From Bacteroidales bacterium (lineage in GTDB: Bacteria > Bacteroidota > Bacteroidia > Bacteroidales > JAADGE01): DNA of 64,000 nucleotides. Shown in pieces: positions 39,612 through 47,087 of the stretch. The notes under the pieces are model-generated. The model was given only the letters and a program-made list of their open reading frames with translations. It was not told the origin of the DNA and searched no databases. Each line of letters starts with the position of its first letter. The stretch's first letter is position 1. Both the position numbers and the translations under genes were made by a program. The stretch spans positions 32,002-96,001 of the forward strand of contig JAKISF010000002.1 of the NCBI GenBank assembly GCA_021648725.1, written 5' to 3'.

Positions 39612-40435
39612 ATGAGAGTTACTAAACTTAAGCTCCTTTTCTTTCTGCCGCTTTTCTTGTTCTTTATTTTTAGTTGCGGAGATGAAGATGCTGCATCCGA
39701 AAAAACCAATGATGTTGTTTCCGAGGAATATGTTGTTGATGACCCCGCCCAAGAAGACGATACTGACAAGATAAAAAATATTATTTGTATGTGGAAAGCA
39801 GTTTCTTTGAAAGAAACTCCGTCTTCAAAAGGAAAATACATAGGGCTTGCAGAAAAGCTCACAGGTGCATTAGATTTCAAGTTTCTCGTTTGAAGTCGTA
39901 TATAAATACTGCGAAATAAGAGAAATTTGAAAGATAGTGTGCCTGTGGGCAGCTAAAATATTTTACACAAGTACCGGGAAATAGGACGAAATGAATTAAA
40001 AACCTTGCACCTGTATATGTAAACAATCCTATAAATGGCTGAAAACAAACATATTAGTGTTTTTCGGCAAGCCCTACATAACCACAATATACTTAGGTGA
40101 AGTTGCAACAACATTCGGAGAAATTGTTCCCGATTCAAGTACATCAAAAGTTCGAGATTATATTAAGATTAAATTGGGCGACGTAACAGAAGGCTGGATT
40201 CAAGAAAGCCTCATATTTAACAAGTTCTGACGTTGATATTGCCGTTGCAATTCTTGCCGACAGAGCAATGAATATTGATGATAAAAATAAAACAGTTGGT
40301 GCTTTAAATGAAATCTTTGAAAATCCTGACTTTTCAGAATCTCAGTTTATTTCAGACATACAAGATGTTATTGACAACCTTACGATGGAAGACCTTGAGC
40401 CCGATTCCGGTTTCGACGGAGATGGTGAATATTAA
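39612..40435 (+). pseudogene. disrupted SH3b-type lipoprotein gene (MITE insertion plus a later frame break)
   Basis: The intact 5' part has a lipoprotein signal (LFFIFSCG). The reading frame is broken at 39843 by a 232-bp insert. Joining 39842 to 40081 restores ...SSKGKYI|TTIYLGEVATTFGEIVPDSSTSKVRDYIKIKLGDVTEGWIQESLI. A TGA occurs at 40228-40230, and the coding-looking sequence continues in another frame (SSDVDIAVAILADRAMNIDD...GDGEY*) to 40435. Confidence 0.6.
39843..40074. mobile_element. MITE-like non-autonomous insertion (232 bp)
   Basis: Terminal inverted repeats are GGGCTTGCAGAAAA (39843-39856) and TTTTCGGCAAGCCC (40061-40074), matching 13/14 as reverse complements. The element is flanked by the direct repeat TACATA (39837-39842 and 40075-40080). 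It has no long ORF, and its removal restores the host reading frame. Confidence 0.7.
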
Positions 40436-40481
40436 ATATTCCCGAAAGAAAAGGGATAGAAAAATATAATCAAAAATGCAA

Positions 40482-40509
40482 AGCGTAGCTTTTTCGGCTG
40501 CGTTTTTTT
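40482..40509 (+). terminator. rho-independent terminator downstream of the pseudogene
   Basis: AGCGTAGC / GCTGCGTT form a stem with G-U wobbles around a TTTTTCG loop, followed by a T-run (TTTTTTT). Confidence 0.45.
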
Positions 40510-40610
40510 ATTATAACCTTATCTGTCTTATTTCAATGTAAGGTACTCAGTTCGGAATAATATAAACTTTAAACAAATCAAAAAACAATAAATAAATCAT
40601 TAAATTTAAT

Positions 40611-40618
40611 TAATTTTG
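40611..40618 (+). promoter_or_regulatory. TAnnTTTG -7 box
   Basis: TAATTTTG lies 47 nt upstream of the ATG at 40666. Confidence 0.35.
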
Positions 40619-40665
40619 TCGCTTATTAAGGATAATTACGACCTTCCCTTATATTTTTTACAACT

Positions 40666-42018
40666 ATGAACAACCTCGAAGATATAAATATTTCAAAAGC
40701 TCTTATTAATGCAATTTCTGATTTGGGTTTTACAAGTTTAACCCCTATTCAAAAAAAAGCTTTTCCTATAATCCGTTCAGGCAAAAATATTGTAGGAATT
40801 TCACAAACCGGAACAGGAAAAACTTTAGCATATATGTTGCCGATACTGCAAGATTTAAAATTTTCAAAGCAACTAACACCCCGAATTTTAATAATGGTTC
40901 CTACCAGAGAACTGGTTTTACAACTTACAGAGCAAACAAAAACTTATGCAAAATACATGAGTCTGAGAGTGTTGGGCGTTTACGGAGGAACTAACATCAA
41001 CACACAAAAAAAAGCTGTTTTAAAAGGTGCTGACATTCTGATTTCGACACCCGGAAGGTTATATGATTTAGCTGTAAGCGGTGTCTTAAGATTAAAATCA
41101 ATAAGTAAATTAGTTATTGACGAAGTTGATGTAATGTTAGATTTAGGCTTTCGTTACCAACTAAAAAACATTTTTGAGCTTTTGCCGAAACGCAGACAAA
41201 ATATAATGTTTTCTGCTACAATGACATTAGAAGTTGATACTTTGATTAATGATTATTTTATTGCTCCTGCAAAAATATCTGTTGCCGTAAGCGGAACTCG
41301 CCTTGAAAACATAGAACAACAGTGCTTTAAAGCCCCCAACTTTTATACTAAAATAAATTTACTTTCTTATCTTATTGAAAATAAAGAAGAGTATAAGAAA
41401 GTGCTGGTTTTTACCTATAGTAAAAAAAGTGCAGATAAAATATTTGAAACTTTAGAAGAAACTTTCGGAATTGAAATGGGGGTTATACACTCAAATAAAT
41501 CTCAAAATTACAGAATTCGCACAATAAAGCAATTTAATGAAGGGAAAAATCGAATATTAATAACTACAGATATAATGGCAAGAGGATTAGACTTAGAAAA
41601 CATCTCTCATGTTGTTAATATTGATACTCCGAACTTTCCCGAAAATTATATGCACCGTATTGGAAGAACCGGGAGAGCAGAAAAGCAAGGAAAATCAATT
41701 TTATTTTTTACCGAAAAAGAGCAAAAAGCAAAAGAAGCAATAGAAAAATTAATGTCATACAAAATTCCGGAAGTTGATTTCCCGAAAGAGGTTAAAATTT
41801 CGAAAGACCTTACTCCCGAAGAACAACCCTCTGTTAAAGGAAAAATTATTAAACATCGTATTCCCGATAAAGATGTTAAAGGTCCGGCTTTTCATGAAAA
41901 GAAAGATAAAAACAAAAAAACTAATCAAGGGGGTTCATATTTAAGAAAAATGAAAAAATATAAAAGACCTAAAACAAAAGGAGATAAAAATTTTAACCGG
42001 CGTAATAAAAAGAAATAA
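40666..42018 (+). CDS. DEAD-box ATP-dependent RNA helicase with a basic C-terminal tail
   Basis: Q-motif (GFTSLTPIQ), SQTGTGKT, PTRELV, DEVD, SAT, and HRIGRTGRA. The tail is Lys/Arg-rich. Confidence 0.93.
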   Translation: MNNLEDINISKALINAISDLGFTSLTPIQKKAFPIIRSGKNIVGISQTGTGKTLAYMLPILQDLKFSKQLTPRILIMVPTRELVLQLTEQTKTYAKYMSLRVLGVYGGTNINTQKKAVLKGADILISTPGRLYDLAVSGVLRLKSISKLVIDEVDVMLDLGFRYQLKNIFELLPKRRQNIMFSATMTLEVDTLINDYFIAPAKISVAVSGTRLENIEQQCFKAPNFYTKINLLSYLIENKEEYKKVLVFTYSKKSADKIFETLEETFGIEMGVIHSNKSQNYRIRTIKQFNEGKNRILITTDIMARGLDLENISHVVNIDTPNFPENYMHRIGRTGRAEKQGKSILFFTEKEQKAKEAIEKLMSYKIPEVDFPKEVKISKDLTPEEQPSVKGKIIKHRIPDKDVKGPAFHEKKDKNKKTNQGGSYLRKMKKYKRPKTKGDKNFNRRNKKK

Positions 42019-42042
42019 TAATAACATTTTTTAAAAAGTTTA

Positions 42043-42050
42043 TATCTTTG
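42043..42050 (+). promoter_or_regulatory. TAnnTTTG -7 box very close to the start codon
   Basis: TATCTTTG ends 7 nt before the ATG at 42058, implying a leaderless or near-leaderless mRNA. Confidence 0.35.
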
Positions 42051-42057
42051 TTAAGCA

Positions 42058-42627
42058 ATGAAAACATCACTCTACATAAAAAACATGGTTTGCCCGCGTT
42101 GTATATCTTCCGTAAGACAAATACTTATTAAACTGAACATTCCTTTCTCGGATATTAGATTGGGCGAAGTAACAATAACTATTAAAAAAGAAGAAATAGA
42201 TTTTTTGTCGCTTGATAAAGAATTAAGAGCCGTAGGTTTTGAACTTATTGACGATAAAAAAAGCAAAATTATAAGTCAAATTAAAACCGAAGTTATTAAT
42301 TACATCAGATATTCGCCTGATTTTACAAGAAAAGTAAATTTTTCGGATTACCTTGCCGGAAAAGTAGGACACGATTATCCGTATTTAAGCAAACTCTTCT
42401 CTTCCGTTGAAGCCCAAACCATTGAAAAATATATCATTCTGCAAAAAATAGAAAGAGTTAAAGAATTGTTGATATACAACGAATTATCTTTGTCTGAAAT
42501 TTCTTATGAAATGGAATACAGCAGTGTTCAGCATCTTTCTCGGCAATTTAAAGACGTTACGGGCATAACACCTACCGCTTTTAAAAAATTGGAAAGCGGT
42601 AAAAGGAAGTCATTAGACGAAATATAA
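42058..42627 (+). CDS. AraC-family transcriptional regulator with an N-terminal HMA-like (CxxC) metal-binding domain
   Basis: The N-terminus IKNMVCPRCISSV has an HMA-type ferredoxin-fold CxxC. The C-terminal AraC HTH is present (LSLSEISYEMEYSSVQHLSRQFKDVTGITPTAFK). The gene lies directly upstream of copA. Confidence 0.85.
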   Translation: MKTSLYIKNMVCPRCISSVRQILIKLNIPFSDIRLGEVTITIKKEEIDFLSLDKELRAVGFELIDDKKSKIISQIKTEVINYIRYSPDFTRKVNFSDYLAGKVGHDYPYLSKLFSSVEAQTIEKYIILQKIERVKELLIYNELSLSEISYEMEYSSVQHLSRQFKDVTGITPTAFKKLESGKRKSLDEI

Positions 42628-42687
42628 TCCCCCGAAAATATATAAATCATATTCTTAATTGTATGAAAGATTTTGTTGTTGCAGGCA

Positions 42688-42695
42688 TAACTTTG
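42688..42695 (+). promoter_or_regulatory. TAnnTTTG -7 box for copA
   Basis: TAACTTTG lies 22 nt upstream of the ATG at 42718. It sits between the two arms of an 11-bp inverted repeat (see findings). Confidence 0.4.
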
Positions 42696-42717
42696 CAGTA
42701 AATAAAATCATACAATT

Positions 42718-45216
42718 ATGACACATACATATAAAATTGACGGCATGACCTGCATGGGTTGTAAAACTAGTGTTGAAGATGCTCTGAATTCTCTTAACGA
42801 AATTACCGATTTAAAAGTAAACTTAAAGAAGTCGGAAGTTACAATTGAAATGTCGAAACACATCTCGCTTGAAAAATTGCAGGAAACCCTGATGAAAGCT
42901 GGCTTACATTATACAATTCAGATGCCCGGTAACGAGCCCGTAAACAAACACGAACATAAACACCATATTAAGAAAGCAGATTTTAATAAAACCGGTATTT
43001 TTTACTGCCCGATGCAATGCGAAGGTGATAAAACTTATGATAAATTCGGAGCATGTCCAAAATGCGGAATGGATTTGATAGAGCAAAAACAAGTAAGTAC
43101 GAAAACAGAATATACTTGTCCTATGCACCCGGAAGTTATTAAAGATGTTCCCGGTGCTTGTCCTAAATGCGGAATGGATTTAGTTCCGAAAGAACCCGAA
43201 GAAAGTGAAGAGGACAAAACCTATTTGAAACTTCTTAAAAAAATGAAGATAGCTGTAATTTTTACTGTCCCTATCTTTCTTATTGCAATGGCGGATATTC
43301 TGCCTAATAATCCTTTGTCTGATATTACAAATCAGCAAAATTGGAATATATTGCAATTAATATTATCCTTGCCTGTTGTTTTTTATGCAACTCGAATGTT
43401 CTTTGAAAGAGCCTGGACATCAATCGTTACTTGGAACTTAAATATGTTCACGCTTATAGGCATCGGTGCGGGTGTTGCTTTTATATTCAGCATATTTGCA
43501 CTGTTTTTTCCGGATATTTTCCCTGCTCAATTTAAAACCGACAGCGGAACAGTATATGTTTATTTCGAGGCAGTTACCGTAATTCTTACATTGGTTCTTC
43601 TCGGGCAGCTTTTGGAAGCAAAAGCACACAGTAAAACAAGCGGAGCAATAAAAGAACTTATGAAGTTAGCTCCGACAGAAGCAACCGTAATTATTGACGG
43701 TGTTGAAAAAGTAATTTCAATTCACGATATAAAAAAAGGTGATTTAATTCGGGTTAAACCCGGTGAGAAAATTCCCGTTGACGGAATTATTACAGAAGGC
43801 GGCAGCCATATTGACGAAAGTATGATTACCGGTGAACCTGTTCCCGTAGATAAAACAATTAACGATAATGTCAGTTCCGGAACAATTAACGGTAATAAGT
43901 CTTTTGTAATGAAAGCCGAAAAAGTAGGTTCCGAAACTTTATTGTCGCAAATAATAAAATTGGTTAACGAAGCAAGTCGCTCGCGTGCACCTATCCAAAA
44001 ACTTGCCGATAAAATTTCAAAATACTTTGTACCTATCGTAGTGGTCATTGCCGGAACTACATTTGCCGTATGGGCAATTTTCGGTCCCGAGCCGGCTTAC
44101 GTTTATGCTTTTGTGAATGCAGTTGCCGTTCTTATTATTGCTTGCCCTTGTGCATTGGGGCTTGCAACGCCTATGGCGGTTATGGTAGGTGTGGGCAAAG
44201 GTGCTCAATCCGGAATTTTAATAAAAAATGCCGAAGCCATTGAAAAAATGGACAAAATCAATGTTTTGATTACCGATAAAACAGGAACACTTACCGAAGG
44301 TAAACCCTCTGTCGAGAAAATTGTTGCTCTAAATGCCGGTAAAGAAGAATATTTATTACAAAAAGCAGCATCTTTAAATTCACAAAGTGAACATCCGCTT
44401 GCCGAGGCAGTTGTGAAATATGCAAAAAATAAAAAAATTGCTTTAAATGAAGCTGAAAATTTTGAATCCGTTACCGGAAAAGGTGTTATCGGAGTTGTTG
44501 CAGGAGAAAATATTGCGATAGGAAATTCAAAATTAATGTCCGAAATCGGTGCGGATATACCCGAAAACTTAAAAAATCAAGTTGAAAAAGAACAAAAACT
44601 TGGTAAAACGGTTTCATATATTGCAGAAAATAAAAATGTTGCCGGTTTTATTACCATAAGCGATGCAATTAAGAAAACAAGCAAAGAAGCTGTTCAAGAA
44701 CTTATCCGACAAGGTGTTGAAGTAATTATGCTTACAGGCGACAATAAAAATACTGCAAAAGCAGTTGCCGATGAACTTAACATCTCCGGCTTTAAAGCCG
44801 AATGTATGCCCGAAGATAAACTCAATGAAATAAAACGATTGCAAGCCGAAGGTAAAATTGTTGCAATGGCGGGCGACGGAATAAATGATGCTCCGGCTCT
44901 GGCACAATCCGATATCGGTATTGCTATGGGAACCGGCACGGATGTCGCAATTGAAAGCGGCGAAATCACATTAATGAAAGGCGATTTAAACGGTATTGTT
45001 AAAGCCAAAAAGTTAAGTCATTCTATAATGAAAAACATCAAACAAAACTTATTTTTTGCATTTATTTATAATGTATTAGGTGTCCCGATTGCCGCAGGTG
45101 TATTATTCCCGGTATTCGGACTTTTATTGTCACCTATGATTGCAGCAGCAGCCATGAGCTTCAGTTCTGTTTCGGTAATTACAAATTCTTTACGATTAAA
45201 AAATCTGAAATTGTAA
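42718..45216 (+). CDS. copA: copper(I)/silver-translocating P1B-type ATPase
   Basis: N-terminal HMA (GMTCMGC). Two C-P-x-C-G-M-D-L zinc-ribbon-like metal-binding modules follow (YCPMQCEGD...CPKCGMDL; CPMHPEV...CPKCGMDL). The TM CPC motif (ACPCALGLATP), DKTGTLT, MLTGD and GDGINDAP are all present. Confidence 0.96.
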   Translation: MTHTYKIDGMTCMGCKTSVEDALNSLNEITDLKVNLKKSEVTIEMSKHISLEKLQETLMKAGLHYTIQMPGNEPVNKHEHKHHIKKADFNKTGIFYCPMQCEGDKTYDKFGACPKCGMDLIEQKQVSTKTEYTCPMHPEVIKDVPGACPKCGMDLVPKEPEESEEDKTYLKLLKKMKIAVIFTVPIFLIAMADILPNNPLSDITNQQNWNILQLILSLPVVFYATRMFFERAWTSIVTWNLNMFTLIGIGAGVAFIFSIFALFFPDIFPAQFKTDSGTVYVYFEAVTVILTLVLLGQLLEAKAHSKTSGAIKELMKLAPTEATVIIDGVEKVISIHDIKKGDLIRVKPGEKIPVDGIITEGGSHIDESMITGEPVPVDKTINDNVSSGTINGNKSFVMKAEKVGSETLLSQIIKLVNEASRSRAPIQKLADKISKYFVPIVVVIAGTTFAVWAIFGPEPAYVYAFVNAVAVLIIACPCALGLATPMAVMVGVGKGAQSGILIKNAEAIEKMDKINVLITDKTGTLTEGKPSVEKIVALNAGKEEYLLQKAASLNSQSEHPLAEAVVKYAKNKKIALNEAENFESVTGKGVIGVVAGENIAIGNSKLMSEIGADIPENLKNQVEKEQKLGKTVSYIAENKNVAGFITISDAIKKTSKEAVQELIRQGVEVIMLTGDNKNTAKAVADELNISGFKAECMPEDKLNEIKRLQAEGKIVAMAGDGINDAPALAQSDIGIAMGTGTDVAIESGEITLMKGDLNGIVKAKKLSHSIMKNIKQNLFFAFIYNVLGVPIAAGVLFPVFGLLLSPMIAAAAMSFSSVSVITNSLRLKNLKL

Positions 45217-45255
45217 TAAAAACATTATTTTCGTGCCTAAATACAAAGTAAAATA

Positions 45256-45891
45256 ATGAAAGAAATTGCAAAAAATAAAGATTTAAGGCATCATTGGAAT
45301 AAAAAATACACAAAAACTCCCGATGAACAGCTTGGTTGGTATGAAACAGATTTGAGTAAAACAATTGAATTAATAGAAAAAACAAACTTAAATAAAGATT
45401 CAAATATATTAATTATCGGAGCGGGAACAACAACCCTTATTGATGAATTACTTAAAAAAAATTATACGAATATAACGGCAACCGATATCAGTGAAGTTGC
45501 ATTACAAAAACTAAAAGACCGAATAAATACGGATAAAGTTAAATTTATAATTGACGATTTAACAAAACCGAAAGAAATTAACAAAATACAAAAAGTTGAT
45601 TTATGGATAGACAGAGCTGTTTTGCATTTCTTTACCGAAAAAAAAGACAGGGAAACATATTTTAATCTGTTAAAAAGAAATATTAAAAGTAACGGATTTG
45701 CCTTGATTGCTCAATTTAACACAGATGGTGCCGAAACCTGTTCGGGACTTCCGGTTTTCAGGTACAATAAAGAAATGCTTGTTATAGAACTCGGTAAGGA
45801 GTTTGATTTAACTGAAAGTTTTAATCATACATATATAATGCCTTCCGGTAACGAAAGACCGTATATTTATACTTTATTTAAAAAGAAATAG
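45256..45891 (+). CDS. class I SAM-dependent methyltransferase
   Basis: Motif I ILIIGAGTTTLIDELL, an acidic residue after beta-2 (ITATDIS), and motif-II-like DLWIDRAVLHF. Confidence 0.75.
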   Translation: MKEIAKNKDLRHHWNKKYTKTPDEQLGWYETDLSKTIELIEKTNLNKDSNILIIGAGTTTLIDELLKKNYTNITATDISEVALQKLKDRINTDKVKFIIDDLTKPKEINKIQKVDLWIDRAVLHFFTEKKDRETYFNLLKRNIKSNGFALIAQFNTDGAETCSGLPVFRYNKEMLVIELGKEFDLTESFNHTYIMPSGNERPYIYTLFKKK

Positions 45892-45985
45892 CCTTAAAAT
45901 TATATAAAATACTTTCAAAATTATATGAAAGAAACAAAAAATAACATTTTAATTTTACACCGAATAATACCTTAAGTTATATGCT

Positions 45986-46183
45986 ATGCTTAAAAAAGCA
46001 GCTTATTATATAATGACTTTTATTTTGTTACTCTCTGTAATAGGAATAACCGTGAATAAACATTATTCGGGAAATAAATTATTTTCAGTATCTCTTTTTC
46101 TTGAAGCTGACAGTTGCTGTGATAATCCTTGTGATTGTTGCAGTAACACATCAGAAACACACAGCCTGACAGACAGTTTTGTC
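45986..46183 (+). repeat. direct repeat copy A (5' ~198 nt of the small Cys-rich gene)
   Basis: Aligns without gaps to 51337-51534 with about 14 mismatches by hand count (~93% identity). Similarity collapses after ...GACAGACAGTTTTGT. Confidence 0.8.
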
Positions 46184-46345
46184 AGAACGTTTTTTGAATT
46201 CGGTATAAATTCCTTCAGCTACATTACTAATACAAATGAAATAATTTCGAGTTTGTCTGAAAACACTGTTTTTTCGGCAACATATAAAAATATCAAATAT
46301 AGCGCAAACACTTCTCCTGCATATTTGCAGAGTTTCAGGTTGTAG
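45986..46345 (+). CDS. small Cys-rich single-pass membrane protein, paralog 1 of 3
   Basis: 119 aa. TM helix (AAYYIMTFILLLSVIGITV), then KHYSGNKLFS, then the Cys cluster SCCDNPCDCC. The C-terminus is LQSFRL. Paralogs are at 51337 and 55136. Confidence 0.7.
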   Translation: MLKKAAYYIMTFILLLSVIGITVNKHYSGNKLFSVSLFLEADSCCDNPCDCCSNTSETHSLTDSFVRTFFEFGINSFSYITNTNEIISSLSENTVFSATYKNIKYSANTSPAYLQSFRL

Positions 46346-46606
46346 AGTAATCAGATACCTGAATAGTCTGTTTTTTTTTATAAATAAACCTAATAGAATA
46401 GATTATACTTCCGGAATTTAACCTCCGATACAGCAAAACGATTATTGTAAATACACTTTGTGTCGACAAATAACTTATCTAATCGTACCTGATATAAAAA
46501 AACTCGCATAACAATAAAATACATTTTCATACAAATATATTTTATACAATAATAAAACATATCTTCATCCGAATATACTTTATATAACAGTTTAAACAAA
46601 AATAAT

Positions 46607-47083
46607 ATGAAACAAAAAAAAACAATTACATACATTGCGTTTTTGCTCTTAGGAATAGGAGGATTACACGCACAAGAAAGCCCGGTTGCCGCAGGCGGTA
46701 AGGCAACAGGAGCTGGCGGAACAGTCAGTTACTCCGTAGGACAAGTAGTTTATACTGCTCACACGGGCACAACAGGAAGCATTTCACAAGGTGTTCAACA
46801 ACCTTACGAAATTTATACAACAGTAGGAATAAACGAAATATCTGTCAATTTGGAACTTTCCGTTTATCCCAATCCTACCGACGGTTATTTAACTTTAAAA
46901 TCAGAAGACAGCAGCAATTTGAGTTATCAATTATTTAACATACAAGGAAAAATAATTGAAGACAAAATAATAAGCAGCACTTCTACAGACATTAGTTTGG
47001 AAAGCCAAGCATCAGCCGCTTACTTTTTAAACGTATTAAAAAATAACCAAGTAATAAAAACATTTAAAATAATCAAAAACTAA
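46607..47083 (+). CDS. small secreted T9SS cargo protein (type A sorting domain)
   Basis: Signal peptide ending LHAQ, then a Gly-rich AAGGKATGAGGTVSYSVGQVVYT module. The T9SS CTD reads LSVYPNPTDGYLTLK ... AAYFLNVLKNNQVIKTFKIIKN. Confidence 0.8.
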   Translation: MKQKKTITYIAFLLLGIGGLHAQESPVAAGGKATGAGGTVSYSVGQVVYTAHTGTTGSISQGVQQPYEIYTTVGINEISVNLELSVYPNPTDGYLTLKSEDSSNLSYQLFNIQGKIIEDKIISSTSTDISLESQASAAYFLNVLKNNQVIKTFKIIKN

Positions 47084-47087
47084 AATT

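Noticed and set aside
39836-40080. The inverted repeats flanking 39843-40074 could mark an invertible (phase-variable) segment within a gene, as with Bacteroides invertons or shufflons.
   Set aside because: I inverted the segment by hand. The left junction then reads ...GKYVGLAEKH followed by a stop, so neither orientation gives an open gene. The 6-bp direct duplication TACATA and the exact frame restoration on excision fit transposition, not inversion.
39953-40147. A 64-aa minus-strand ORF overlapping the MITE.
   Set aside because: It crosses the element boundary and the target duplication and encodes a Cys/Leu/Arg-rich nonsense-like peptide. MITEs of this size do not encode proteins.
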